Shown here in pieces: positions 1-9,539 of a stretch of 64,000 bases of DNA (position 1 is its first letter; every line of letters starts with the position of its first letter). The stretch is taken from the NCBI RefSeq assembly GCF_045037415.1, contig NZ_CP173438.1. The stretch is one strand, 5' to 3'. Under the pieces are notes generated by a model. The model ran no database searches and had not been told where the DNA came from. It saw only the letters and a program-made list of their open reading frames with translations. This stretch comes from Escherichia coli. Its GTDB lineage: Bacteria > Pseudomonadota > Gammaproteobacteria > Enterobacterales > Enterobacteriaceae. Made by a program: the position numbers and the translations under genes.

Positions 1-1278
1 GTAGCGCAGTATGGCTTCCGGGTCTTCCACCAGTTCCGTGGAGGTCTGCCAGCCGTTCTGCGGGTCGGTGTAATTCACCTCCACCGCCGTGTGCCGGTCC
101 TTCAGGGCACTGAAGCTGTAGCGGAATCCCACGCCGTTATCATCCACCACCACATCGCTGTTGGTGTACGGCCACACCACATCCGACGGGCGGTCCTGAA
201 CGAACGTCAGCGTCTGACCGTTCCATACCGGCATACAGCGCATCGCAGAGCAGAAATCACTGAGAACGTCCCACGCCTTACGCTGTTGTGCCAGGTACGC
301 ATTAAAGGTCATCCGCGGCTCGGTCCCCCCGAAACCATCCGGGACCGTCTGGTCGCAGTACTGCCCGATGGCATACAGCGCCCACTTGTCCACATCCGCC
401 GCCCCCAGACGTTTTCCCATGCCGTAGCGCGGGTGAGTCAGCATGTCCCACAGACACCAGGCCGGGTTGTTGCTGTATGCCGGTTTCAGACTGCCGTCCC
501 AGATACCACTATACGTGCGTTTTTCCGGGTCATAGTTTGACGGCACCTGGATGATGCGACCGCGGATATGGTAGTTCACCGTCATCTGCTGGCCGCCGAA
601 CTGCTCCGCATCCACCTGCAGCCCCACAATGGCCGTGTTCGGGTAGCACTGTTTCACATCGATGATTTCGGTGTATGACGACCACAGCGTCTTATTCTGC
701 AGCTGGTCCGTGGTGCTGTCCGCCGTCTCCCTGACCATCCGGATGTTAAAGGGCCGGGGAGGCAGATTATCCAGAATCACCGAGGCCAGGAACTGTGAGG
801 TGGTCTTGCCGTTAATGGTGACGTCCTTTTCTGTCACCCAGTTACCGTTACGCTGTAACTGAATCAGCAGGCGGACGGATGCCGGGTTACGGTCACCCTT
901 TGAGGTGGTCTCCACCAGTGACTGCACCCCGAAGGTAACCCGCAGGCGGTCAATGTTCGCGGACGTAATGGTGCGCGTCACCGGTTTTGCCTTCGTCACT
1001 TCCACGCCCAGTCCGGTTTCAGCTCCGGAGGACTCAAAGCCTTCCGGTGGTGTCTGCTCCTGCTCCCCGGCGCGCCAGACCGCCGTCACACCGTGTATCA
1101 CGGGATTGCCGTCCGTGTCCGTCAGTGGGGTTTTGTTCACCAGAATACTCTGCAGTCCCTTCACCGGACCTTCTATCGGTCCCTCACCAATCGCATCAAT
1201 CACGCTCATCATCTGCGTGGATTTGAGATTATCCTTCGCCTCACGAGGCGTGTGTGCCTTACCGCCACCTTTTCCCAT
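1..1278 (-). CDS. J: Tail tip / host specificity protein J, N-terminal ~425 codons (3' end outside window)
   Basis: Minus-strand translation from ATG at 1278 reads MGKGGGKAHTPREAKDNLKSTQMMSVIDAIGEGPIEGPV..., near-identical to lambda J N-terminus; SD GGAAGG 5 nt upstream; frame open to position 1. Confidence 0.9.
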   Translation of the reverse strand, partial: MGKGGGKAHTPREAKDNLKSTQMMSVIDAIGEGPIEGPVKGLQSILVNKTPLTDTDGNPVIHGVTAVWRAGEQEQTPPEGFESSGAETGLGVEVTKAKPVTRTITSANIDRLRVTFGVQSLVETTSKGDRNPASVRLLIQLQRNGNWVTEKDVTINGKTTSQFLASVILDNLPPRPFNIRMVRETADSTTDQLQNKTLWSSYTEIIDVKQCYPNTAIVGLQVDAEQFGGQQMTVNYHIRGRIIQVPSNYDPEKRTYSGIWDGSLKPAYSNNPAWCLWDMLTHPRYGMGKRLGAADVDKWALYAIGQYCDQTVPDGFGGTEPRMTFNAYLAQQRKAWDVLSDFCSAMRCMPVWNGQTLTFVQDRPSDVVWPYTNSDVVVDDNGVGFRYSFSALKDRHTAVEVNYTDPQNGWQTSTELVEDPEAILRY

Positions 1279-1382
1279 ACAGCCTTCCCCTGAATAAATT
1301 AACCGCCACTTGCCATTCCGTACAGAAGTCGGATATCCTTCGCCCGAAAAGCATGAAACACATTTCTGCCATGCTAAAGAGA

Positions 1383-1417
1383 AACCCCGGTATCAGCAGA
1401 TACCGGGGTTTTCTTTC
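1383..1417. terminator. Bidirectional intrinsic terminator-like hairpin in the I-J intergenic insert
   Basis: AAACCCCGGTATC-agca-GATACCGGGGTT with T-rich runs on both strands. Confidence 0.5.
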
Positions 1418-1483
1418 ATGCCCACCGATAATCCTGTTGGTTAAAACCGGTAATGGCATAAAAATTCTGAATATCTTCACATT

Positions 1484-1511
1484 TTCACACACTGACTGTG
1501 GCGCTTATAAT
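1484..1511 (+). promoter_or_regulatory. Putative sigma70 promoter, antisense to the tail operon
   Basis: TTCACA (1484-1489), 16-nt spacer, TATAAT (1506-1511). Confidence 0.4.
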
Positions 1512-1517
1512 TTCGCT

Positions 1518-1616
1518 GCGTTAGTGTTTTTTTGCCCGAGTAACAAAAACAACTCCTTAACATTGATCTTCATTTGTCTGTCCCCGCAGCTCCGCGATCA
1601 CTGCGGGATTTTTTTA
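1518..1616 (+). ncRNA. Putative ~100-nt small RNA between promoter and terminator; no ORF with start codon
   Basis: Promoter at 1484-1511 and intrinsic terminator at 1583-1616 bracket a segment lacking any ATG; contains CA-rich tract AACAAAAACAAC. Confidence 0.3.
1583..1616 (+). terminator. Intrinsic terminator (plus strand)
   Basis: CCCGCAG-ctccgcgatca-CTGCGGG followed by ATTTTTTTA. Confidence 0.55.
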
Positions 1617-1620
1617 TGTT

Positions 1621-2301
1621 TTATCCCTGTCGCCCGATAACCACGACCGTTCCGCCCCCGCCTTCATCACGGGTGCTGATGTCCTGGGATATACGGCGGG
1701 AGCCAACCAGCATTTCCCCGTAAGGCACCGGCATCGGGTTCCCCTGGGCAATCATGTTATCCAGCGAGGAAAAGTACGTGTTCTGTCTGCCGTTATCCGT
1801 TGCGCGGTAATCCGGTGTTTTTGCCTTCGGGGCCAGCATCTGGGCCACACCGCCCAGAATCATGCTGGCTCCAAGTGAAAACAGCATCGTGGTGGCAGAA
1901 AAACCACCGGCTGCCAGGGCTGAACCCCATAACGCCATTGATGCCCCGGCAGTGAAGAAAGAGCCCACGATGGCTGCCGCCCCCAGCACAATCTGCAGTC
2001 CACCCTTTCCGGCCCCGGCCAGTCGCGGCACAATATGGATGACCGTTCCCTCACCCAGCTGTTCGTGAAGACGGGCGTACACCGCCTCCGGTGCCGTGTC
2101 ATAACCGGCAATACGTATCTGGTACCAGCCTTCGTTCATCTGACGGCGAAAGCCCGGCACCTGTAACGACAGCGCCCGGATGGCTTCCGCTGCCGTGTTC
2201 ACATACAGGCTGAGGCGGCGGCCAAATCGTTGTAAATCCCCGTGAAGGCAGATGCGTGCCAGTGGCGGTGACGCCAGACAGAATGCGTTCGTCGTTGCCA
2301 T
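1621..2301 (-). CDS. I: Tail assembly protein I
   Basis: 226 aa; MATTNAFCLASPPLARICLHGDLQRFGRR... and C-terminal QNTYFSSLDNMIAQGN match lambda I. Confidence 0.9.
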   Translation of the reverse strand: MATTNAFCLASPPLARICLHGDLQRFGRRLSLYVNTAAEAIRALSLQVPGFRRQMNEGWYQIRIAGYDTAPEAVYARLHEQLGEGTVIHIVPRLAGAGKGGLQIVLGAAAIVGSFFTAGASMALWGSALAAGGFSATTMLFSLGASMILGGVAQMLAPKAKTPDYRATDNGRQNTYFSSLDNMIAQGNPMPVPYGEMLVGSRRISQDISTRDEGGGGTVVVIGRQG

Positions 2302-2942
2302 TTTTCGGAATACCTCTCCCGTTTACTCAGTTGTTCAGGCAGATGGTGAAGCAGCTCACCGTTGCCGCAGTAAATGGCGGCATGGTTCGGTACCGAAGCA
2401 CCAAAGCAGCACAGCAGAATATCGCCCGCCTGTGCAGAGGACAGGGGCACCCGGTAAAAGCCGGTGACCGCCATATTGTCCAGGTAAAGGTTCTGACCGT
2501 TGCGCCACCAGTCATCCTCGCGATGAAAATCCGGCATTTCAGTCCCCGCCAGATGATAAGCATCCCGGAACAGCGTGTAACAGTCCGTCACCCCGTGCTC
2601 AAAGCGCCGTCCTGTCAGATGTGGCACACAGCGGAATTTGTGAATGTCACCCCGGCAGACCAGCCACCAGGGCAGTGCGCTTTTTATCTGCAGCCGCCGG
2701 TCAGCCTCGCTCAGCCAGGGCAGCCCACCGGGATGACTGTGGACCAGTGCCACAATCTCCCCCTGCATCTCTGCCCGCAGCCAGTCTTCCGGTGCGATAC
2801 GAAAATACGCCTCCGGCTCTGCAGAAATATTCACACAAGGGATATACCACTCCCCCTCCGACGTGCTTATCACGAAGCCGCACGACTCCGCAGGCGCACA
2901 CCGCCGGGCATGCGCCAGAATCGCTGATTCAGTCTGTGTCAT
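2199..2942 (-). CDS. K: Tail assembly protein K (JAMM/MPN plus NlpC/P60 motifs); start taken at internal MTQTESAIL
   Basis: HSHPGG JAMM motif and DCYTLFRDAYH NlpC/P60-like motif; ORF track 5' extension overlaps L so the internal Met was chosen. Confidence 0.8.
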   Translation of the reverse strand: MTQTESAILAHARRCAPAESCGFVISTSEGEWYIPCVNISAEPEAYFRIAPEDWLRAEMQGEIVALVHSHPGGLPWLSEADRRLQIKSALPWWLVCRGDIHKFRCVPHLTGRRFEHGVTDCYTLFRDAYHLAGTEMPDFHREDDWWRNGQNLYLDNMAVTGFYRVPLSSAQAGDILLCCFGASVPNHAAIYCGNGELLHHLPEQLSKRERYSEKWQRRTHSVWRHRHWHASAFTGIYNDLAAASACM

Positions 2943-2952
2943 AAACCGGGAT

Positions 2953-3651
2953 TTACTGCGAAAGTTTATTAATGGAAAGGAAACCGCCAAAATTGCCGAC
3001 ATTCCTGCGCAGTTCACACCCGCGCATGCACTTGCTGCATCTGTCCTTACGGATATCCGTGGTGGGGTTGTCGAACTCATCCGCCACCGCAGGACCGTTA
3101 TACCCGCATTCATCTCCCCGGTAATCCCACATACAGGTGTTCGCCAGCATGATGCGACCGGGAAACAGCGCCCCATCCGTCTCGGTCGGTGTAGCCAGCA
3201 CAAACGAGGCCGTCATGGCTGTCAGCTGCGACATCTGCTCCACCACCCAGCGGTCACTCAGCTCCTGCTCCGGGTCCGCCTCCGGATTGCCCGCAACGAA
3301 ATTCACCGCATCCAGAAAACGGGCATACACCCGGCGGCGGACCACCGTGGCCCCCACCAGACTCTGCAGGTCTTCCGCCATCCCGGTGACCAGACCGAAC
3401 AGATTGGACACCGTCAGCGACGGTCTGGCACTGCTGCCCTTCCCGCTCATCTCAAAACCGCTGCCGTCAATCGGGTATGCCTGATATTGCCGCCCCTGCC
3501 AGGTGACCGGCTCCCCTTTTTCATTCAGCTCATTACAGAAAAAATACCGCTCACCGCCCTGTACCGTCAGGTCGATTTCCCAGAGTACCACCCGCGGTGA
3601 CTGCTCTGACTTAACCGACTCGTTCAGACTTTCTTCGCGAATATCCTGCAT
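2953..3651 (-). CDS. L: Minor tail protein L
   Basis: 232 aa, lambda L-like, positioned between M and K. Confidence 0.85.
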   Translation of the reverse strand: MQDIREESLNESVKSEQSPRVVLWEIDLTVQGGERYFFCNELNEKGEPVTWQGRQYQAYPIDGSGFEMSGKGSSARPSLTVSNLFGLVTGMAEDLQSLVGATVVRRRVYARFLDAVNFVAGNPEADPEQELSDRWVVEQMSQLTAMTASFVLATPTETDGALFPGRIMLANTCMWDYRGDECGYNGPAVADEFDNPTTDIRKDRCSKCMRGCELRRNVGNFGGFLSINKLSQ

Positions 3652-3992
3652 CAGTTCACCACCTGCTCAATCGTACAACTGAAATCACTGTGCCTGGCGT
3701 TATCTGTGACGCTCCACTCCCGGCACACCACCCTCACCGTCAGGTTATGTTTCGGCGGTCGCCACAAAAAGGCACGGTAACCACCATGCCACGATAAAAA
3801 TTCATCCAGCCAGCGCCGGGTTGGTTCATCCGTCACCCGGAACACCGCCTGAAACGTCTTCAGTCTGGCATTAAGTCCCGTCGGTCGGCGCTGTTCATAA
3901 CCGTCACCAAACCGAACCCTCACCACCGACGGTTTCTCACTCACCTGCATCCCTTCACGCGGGACCAGATGCAGCGTTTTTATCTCAGCCAC
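3651..3992 (-). CDS. M: Minor tail protein M
   Basis: 113 aa; VRFGDGYEQRRPTGLNARLKT and C-terminal EQVVN resemble lambda M. Confidence 0.85.
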   Translation of the reverse strand: MAEIKTLHLVPREGMQVSEKPSVVRVRFGDGYEQRRPTGLNARLKTFQAVFRVTDEPTRRWLDEFLSWHGGYRAFLWRPPKHNLTVRVVCREWSVTDNARHSDFSCTIEQVVN

Positions 3993-6900
3993 TCAGCATT
4001 CCTCCGTCACGTCGCATGGACAGCATCACCGCCTGCACCCGCTGGTCAATCAGCTGCACAAGACTGCCTGCCGCCTCCGCCCCTATCTGTCCGTTAGCCC
4101 CGTCATTCTGAATGGCGATGTGGTAGACCGGGGAATACACCAGACCGGCACTGCCGTTCATACTGCCCACCGCGCGTACGCCCAGCGAGCCATCCGCCGC
4201 CCGGGTCAGGGGCATAATGGCTTCAGGTCCGGCTTCCCCCATCAGCCCGGCCCCTTTTGCAAACGCAAAGTACGTGGGCGTGTCCACAATGCTGTTGCTG
4301 TACGCACTCAGGTTTGCCGAGGTATACACGCCGCCTTTTGCATTGGCCACCGCACCGCCCAGCCAGTCACCAATGCTGCCAATAAATCCTCCCGCACCGG
4401 ACATACCGTTTGCCGCCGTCTTAATTCCGTTGACAATCGCAGCATTCATAAGAACTTTTGAGATTTCCTGCAGTACGGATGAGGCCCAGTTGCGCCATTC
4501 CACTTTGTTTCCGTTCAGCATCTCCGTGATGTTATTCACCATCCCTGAGATACCCTCCGTCGCAAGCTGTGCTGCCTGTGAGGCGTAATCGGATGCATTG
4601 TCCACCCAGTTACTGAGCCCCTCCTGCAAGCCTTTCTGCCAGTCCGCACGCTGCGCATCCGATTCGGCATAAAAGGCTGCCTGGTCCTTAAGGCGTTCGC
4701 TCAGATACTGCGCGTTCTGTGCCCGTGCCTGTCTGTAAAAATCCTCACTGATATCCCCGGTCTGATACTGAGACTGAAGGTCCGCATCCTTCTGGCGGAA
4801 GCTGTCACGGATCTGCTGCAACTCCCGCATGCGTTCCCTGGCTCGTTCTCCCTGCCCGTATCCCAGCAGTTCGGCTTCATTTGATGCACGCGCAGCCACA
4901 TTATCATTCTTCAGGGTCTCTTCCCGGGATCGCAACTGTTCCCGGATTTTTTGCTGGTCAATCAGGGCCGCGTTACGCAGCAGTTCCTGCTTCTGCATCT
5001 CCGTCAGGGTTTTCAGTTCGCCCTGCGCAGTCTGGTACTTCAGCTTCGCCAGCTCTGTATTCTGACCCGCCAGTGCCAGTTGCTCTTTCTGCTGCTTCAG
5101 TAGCCGGGAAAAACTGTCTTCCGCTTTTTCCGTCTCTGATTTTCCACCCCGGGATTTAGGTTTGTTCGCCTCGTTATTACGCCAGGCTTCCAGAGCATTA
5201 CTGATATAACGCTGTCTCGCCTCCTGATACGAATCCCCCACAAAACCAAGGTCATCCGCCGCATACCCCAGCCGGGCACGCTCTTTTTCCTCCCCCTTCA
5301 GTCGGGACAGGGCCAGCTCACGTTCTGTTTTTGTCAGGGCGCTCTGCTGTTTATCATCCAGGGTGGCCTGCGGCAGCCGTAACGGTACATTCACCAGTCC
5401 CTGACGCTGCTGAAGCAGTTCATTCCCCAGCCCCAGCAGACGGTTGAATTCCGTATGCTGACCGTTCATAACCAGCATGGACTGGTACACCTTATTCTGC
5501 TCTGCCGCCTGCTGACGAATTAACGCCACACGACGGTCTTCCAGCCCGGCAAGCACATCCTGAATGGACTGCGCTTTTTCCTGCATCTGTGCCAGACGGG
5601 ACTGCTCAACGGCAAGCTGCTCTGTTGCCTGAGAAAGCCCTTCCGTCACGGTCTTCACCGATGTCAGATGGTTTATCATGAATCCGTCACCGGTTGTCCA
5701 GCCAGGGTTAGCCAGAACATACTGATATCCAGCGATTTTTTCCTGCAGGGATTTCACCCGGCTGGCCTGTTCATCAATCAGCCGGTTCTGCTCTGCCAGC
5801 GCCGCCCGTGTTCGTCCTTCATTATCTGAGGCTTCAGGCAAAGACATTGACGGCGTTTTATGCGCGATTTCATCTATCGTCAGTGCATACTGGCGCGCTG
5901 ACTCCCTGGCCTGCTCCTGATTCTGGTACAGCGTATACCATGCTGCTGCCCCCAGCATCACCAGTCCGGGTACGCCACCAACCAGTCCCAACGCACCAGT
6001 CATCAGACGTGAGCCCACCGCCGTTGTACTGTTCAGCTCATTCTGGGCTGCGGTTCTGGCAGCAATATTTCTGTTCAGGCGTTCCTGTGTGGCCGCCAGA
6101 CGGGCTTCTGCAGCAATCTGCATCTCCGTCCCGCGGGCTGCCGCCACAGCCTGCTGTGCACGGTACACGGCTGCCCTTGCCCGCGCCGTGGCAATCTGCG
6201 TCCCCCTGAGCTGTGCTTCCGCCAGTGCCACTTCATTACGTGCTGCCGTCACAAGTCCTGCCGTGGCAGACACCGCTCCGGAGGCCATATTGCCAAAGTA
6301 CCGGGCAACCCCGACGGCAACCAGCGCCCCCGCGGCTGTTGCCACATTATCAATATTACCGGCAACACCGTTCAGCACGCCGGAGAGCGTTTTCGTCGCT
6401 CCGCTGGCTTCATTCGCGCCACCCACCCAGGCCATAAAGGCGTTTTCCACCTTTGTGATCCCGTCAGAGACCGTTTCCGGCATGGCGGCATATTCATCAC
6501 GCAATACCCCCAGCTGGCTGATTAACGCAGGAACGACTTTATCCGCCGTCAGTTTGCCGTCGTCCGCCATCGCCTTAAGGTCTTTACGGGCCACGCCCAT
6601 ACCCGCAGCCAGTGCACGTACGATCCGGTCTCCGCTTTCATTGACCGAATTAAATTCCTCACCGCGTAACACACCCTGTGCCAGCGCCTGGCTGAACTGG
6701 GTGATCACCGAGCCCGCCTCTGCCGTACTGGCACCGGAGATTTTCAGCCCCGTGGAAATGGCCTCCGTCACCTTCAGCACATCATCAGCACTGTAACCAT
6801 ATTCACGCATTGAGGCTGCCGAGCGGGCAAACAGGGCCGCATTATCTGAAAATGCCGTGCCCGTCCGCTGGCTGATATCCATCAGCACTTTCTGTGATGA

Positions 6901-7227
6901 CGAAAATTCATCGGATGACTGCGACGCCTGTTTCAGTCGGGCATTCACGGAACTCCATTCATCGGCCAGAGAAATCAGGTGTCCGGTGGCAAAGGCACCT
7001 GCAAATGCCCCCGCCGTTCCGGCAGCTGAAGCGCGGATTTCCGTCAACTGGCTGTTCAGCTCAGCCAGGGCGCGTCGCTGCACCCGGGCGACTGCGGCAG
7101 CCTGACGCCCGCCATTCTGCAGGGTCCGGTAATATTCACTGCCCATGCGGGAAGCCCGCTGGATCTCCGACTGGAATGACTGCGAATTTGCCGAAATTTT
7201 GATAATCAGTTCACGTAACGTCGCCAT
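3985..7227 (-). CDS. H: Tail tape measure protein
   Basis: 1080 aa, Ala/Gln-rich coiled-coil-like sequence with Gly-rich hydrophobic segments, positioned between GT and M. Confidence 0.9.
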   Translation of the reverse strand: MATLRELIIKISANSQSFQSEIQRASRMGSEYYRTLQNGGRQAAAVARVQRRALAELNSQLTEIRASAAGTAGAFAGAFATGHLISLADEWSSVNARLKQASQSSDEFSSSQKVLMDISQRTGTAFSDNAALFARSAASMREYGYSADDVLKVTEAISTGLKISGASTAEAGSVITQFSQALAQGVLRGEEFNSVNESGDRIVRALAAGMGVARKDLKAMADDGKLTADKVVPALISQLGVLRDEYAAMPETVSDGITKVENAFMAWVGGANEASGATKTLSGVLNGVAGNIDNVATAAGALVAVGVARYFGNMASGAVSATAGLVTAARNEVALAEAQLRGTQIATARARAAVYRAQQAVAAARGTEMQIAAEARLAATQERLNRNIAARTAAQNELNSTTAVGSRLMTGALGLVGGVPGLVMLGAAAWYTLYQNQEQARESARQYALTIDEIAHKTPSMSLPEASDNEGRTRAALAEQNRLIDEQASRVKSLQEKIAGYQYVLANPGWTTGDGFMINHLTSVKTVTEGLSQATEQLAVEQSRLAQMQEKAQSIQDVLAGLEDRRVALIRQQAAEQNKVYQSMLVMNGQHTEFNRLLGLGNELLQQRQGLVNVPLRLPQATLDDKQQSALTKTERELALSRLKGEEKERARLGYAADDLGFVGDSYQEARQRYISNALEAWRNNEANKPKSRGGKSETEKAEDSFSRLLKQQKEQLALAGQNTELAKLKYQTAQGELKTLTEMQKQELLRNAALIDQQKIREQLRSREETLKNDNVAARASNEAELLGYGQGERARERMRELQQIRDSFRQKDADLQSQYQTGDISEDFYRQARAQNAQYLSERLKDQAAFYAESDAQRADWQKGLQEGLSNWVDNASDYASQAAQLATEGISGMVNNITEMLNGNKVEWRNWASSVLQEISKVLMNAAIVNGIKTAANGMSGAGGFIGSIGDWLGGAVANAKGGVYTSANLSAYSNSIVDTPTYFAFAKGAGLMGEAGPEAIMPLTRAADGSLGVRAVGSMNGSAGLVYSPVYHIAIQNDGANGQIGAEAAGSLVQLIDQRVQAVMLSMRRDGGMLSG

Positions 7228-7274
7228 TCACCTTTCTCCGGGCGTAAAAAAACCGCCTCAGCGGTTCTCATCAT

Positions 7275-7583
7275 TCATGACTGTGCTGCGAAGCTCAGCG
7301 CGTCTTCCAGCGCCGCAAACGGATCCACCTCCGGCTTATCCTCATCCTCGCCCCAGCAGAGCATGGCGTCCTTCAGTGCAACATTCATCCCCTGTGCCCC
7401 AAAAACCGCTTTCACGATCTGTGCATTACGGATATCCCCGCGCTCATCACCCAGCGGGGATACCCTGTCGAACTCCATCCACATCATCGCCTCGCTCACA
7501 CTCAGGCTGTGCCGCAGTTCGGATAAGGTGCGCCCCAGACGGAGCGCAAGTCGCATCAGAAAGCGAATTTCCGGGCGGGCTAC
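7275..7583 (-). CDS. T: T portion of the G-T tail assembly chaperone, reached by -1 frameshift from G
   Basis: The -1 frame after the slippery site reads KKVARPEIRFLMRLALRLGRT..., continuous with the ORF 7275-7556. Confidence 0.7.
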   Translation of the reverse strand, partial: VARPEIRFLMRLALRLGRTLSELRHSLSVSEAMMWMEFDRVSPLGDERGDIRNAQIVKAVFGAQGMNVALKDAMLCWGEDEDKPEVDPFAALEDALSFAAQS

Positions 7584-7954
7584 TTTTTTCTGGCCGACTC
7601 TGCATCAGCGATCAGTTCCAGTGCCTGACGCAGCAACCGGGCATGTACCGGACCATAGACGGCCAGCACCTGCTCACGGTCGTCCGGAGCGAACACCCGC
7701 TGCAGATCCGTATCACACAGGACATCGCAGAACAGCGTCACATCCGCTTCTAGGTTACGGCGGGTTTTCGCCACCACCGACAGGGTATCGTCATCCTCTC
7801 CATCACCATTGAGCACTTCCTGCCACAGATACCAGGCCTCTGCCGAAGGCTCCCGCAGCACCACGCTGACATTACCCCATTCCGGCACCTTCACCGTTTT
7901 ATGACGAAACCCTGACAGTCTGGCCAGCGCCAGCGTTTTCAGATCCTTTTTCAT
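7580..7954 (-). CDS. G: Tail assembly chaperone G
   Basis: Start at internal MKKDLKTL just after the V stop; ends ...ADAESARKK immediately after the slippery heptamer. Confidence 0.8.
   Translation of the reverse strand: MKKDLKTLALARLSGFRHKTVKVPEWGNVSVVLREPSAEAWYLWQEVLNGDGEDDDTLSVVAKTRRNLEADVTLFCDVLCDTDLQRVFAPDDREQVLAVYGPVHARLLRQALELIADAESARKK
7583..7589 (-). other. Programmed -1 ribosomal frameshift slippery heptamer A-AAA-AAG at the end of G
   Basis: Minus strand reads GCC AGA AAA AAG TAG; AAAAAAG precedes the G stop and the -1 frame continues into T. Confidence 0.65.
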
Positions 7955-7968
7955 GATGACCCATCCCC

Positions 7969-8685
7969 TTATCCGGCGGCTGCGCTCACTGTCACGGTGC
8001 ATTCAACAGACGTCACACTCTGTGCTTTCTCTGCCGAATCGGTCACCACGCAGGTATATTTCCCCGCATCAGCGGACTGCGCACCTGGCTTACTGAAGGT
8101 GTCTGTCGTCTGCCCGTCAACCGGCTGACCATCCTTCTTCCAGGCGTATTTATACGGCGGCGTTCCCCCGTTGGCACTGACTGACATTGTCAGCAGCGCA
8201 CCTGTATTCACGGTAAGTGTTTTATCCAGATTTTTCACAAACGCCAGCGGTACCACAAAGGACACCGGTTTGCCTTTCATACGCAGTGAAAACGTTGCTG
8301 CCACCACGCCGTTGGTACCGGATGACCAGGTGTGCTGACGCACTTCCGCCAGGAACTTAAAGCCCTTACCGGACGGAAACAGCACCTTAAACGCATACAA
8401 CGCGTCATTGTCATAGGCATCACGCAGGGCGTTCTGGGCCTGATTCAGATAAAAATTACCCGACATGGAAATCTCAGACGACGCCCCCAGACCGTTGATG
8501 TTCTCCTGCTCGGTGGAGCAGAGCGTGGTCACATCAATATCCTGTTTCTGACCAGCGGTGAACTGGACTTCCTTGATGGTGCAGTCCAGGCGCAGATATT
8601 CCGCCTTATCCATAGTTTCAGCAGTCGCCGGGGCAGATGAAATCATCACCTGCGTCAGCTGTGAGCGTTCATACAAAGCAGACAT
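7969..8685 (-). CDS. V: Major tail protein with C-terminal Ig-like domain
   Basis: 238 aa, strong SD AGGAGG, C-terminal Ig-like segment (TPPYKYAWKKDGQPV), positioned upstream of G. Confidence 0.8.
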   Translation of the reverse strand: MSALYERSQLTQVMISSAPATAETMDKAEYLRLDCTIKEVQFTAGQKQDIDVTTLCSTEQENINGLGASSEISMSGNFYLNQAQNALRDAYDNDALYAFKVLFPSGKGFKFLAEVRQHTWSSGTNGVVAATFSLRMKGKPVSFVVPLAFVKNLDKTLTVNTGALLTMSVSANGGTPPYKYAWKKDGQPVDGQTTDTFSKPGAQSADAGKYTCVVTDSAEKAQSVTSVECTVTVSAAAG

Positions 8686-8701
8686 TCTGCCTCCTGATAA
8701 T

Positions 8702-8723
8702 AAAAAACCCGCACGCGGCGGGG
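8702..8723 (-). terminator. Intrinsic terminator-like hairpin upstream of V
   Basis: Minus strand CCCGC-cgcgt-GCGGG followed by TTTTTT. Confidence 0.4.
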
Positions 8724-8751
8724 TATGGGTTTTGTAGAAAAAAAGAAAAAG

Positions 8752-9096
8752 TCACACCGTGACCTGAAACTCCAGGGTTGCACGGTAACAGCGGTTTTCC
8801 GGAATATAGTCCTGCATTTCACTGACGGATCCCGGGGCCAGCAGCATTATGGCTTCACGGGCGTCCTGACGTATCTGACGCGCCTGCGTCACAGTCCCGG
8901 CATAAACGTCTATCTGCACCGACACTGAGGACTCCGCCTGCCCGCCCATCACGTCCGCAGACACCGATGAAATCAGGCTGAAAACCACCCACGGAAGCGC
9001 CACCGACGGCCTGCCATCCAGCAGGGGGACCACATACGGGTACACCTGCCCGCCGGCAAGATGCGCCAGATGAGGATACAAATCCGCCTCCGTCAT
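8752..9096 (-). CDS. Tail terminator-like protein (lambda U position)
   Basis: 114 aa between the gp10-like gene and the major tail gene. Confidence 0.5.
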   Translation of the reverse strand: MTEADLYPHLAHLAGGQVYPYVVPLLDGRPSVALPWVVFSLISSVSADVMGGQAESSVSVQIDVYAGTVTQARQIRQDAREAIMLLAPGSVSEMQDYIPENRCYRATLEFQVTV

Positions 9097-9539
9097 CGTC
9101 TCAGTACCTCATCAATGGCCCGGTTCATCCGCGCAATCGCCACCTGAGCTGCCTGTTCACTGCGCACATCAAACGCCGGGCGCACAAACGGGTGCGGTGG
9201 CATATTCACGGTCCCCATTTCCACAAACCGCCAGTAGAAAGCATTGCGCGGGTTATCCGCCTTCATGGTGTTATCGCTGTTACCGGTGTCCGGATTAACA
9301 CCACGGATATGGACACCGGATTCCATCCCGCCATCGCGGGAGCGCCGGGAAAGGACCACCACATTGCGGCGCAGTTTTCCCCTGCGTACCGGTGCCCGTG
9401 ACACCACTTCTTCTTTCAGCACATTCGCACCCGCACGGGTTGCCTCACGCAGCACCCGGTTATTTTCCGCACCACTCAGAAGCTGCAAATCGCGGCTGAT
9501 GTCCTCCAGCCCCGAAAAATCCAGCAGGGTTTCGATCAT
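9093..9539 (-). CDS. HK97 gp10-like tail completion protein
   Basis: 148 aa; family assigned from remembered sequence pattern and position. Confidence 0.65.
   Translation of the reverse strand: MIETLLDFSGLEDISRDLQLLSGAENNRVLREATRAGANVLKEEVVSRAPVRRGKLRRNVVVLSRRSRDGGMESGVHIRGVNPDTGNSDNTMKADNPRNAFYWRFVEMGTVNMPPHPFVRPAFDVRSEQAAQVAIARMNRAIDEVLRR

Noticed and set aside
91-1297. Plus-strand ORFs 91-540, 662-862, 905-1297 and 987-1226
   Set aside because: They lie antisense to the clearly coding J gene (minus strand), have Arg/Pro/His-rich composition typical of reverse-frame artefacts, and no SD.
1254-1640. 128-aa plus-strand ORF and 77-aa minus-strand ORF in the I-J gap
   Set aside because: Both run through the terminator hairpins and promoter elements and lack SDs; the region is more consistent with a non-coding transcript.
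2199-3203. Long 334-aa form of the K ORF
   Set aside because: The 5' 87 codons overlap the L gene; the lambda-K-like sequence begins at the internal Met (MTQTESAIL) just after the L stop.
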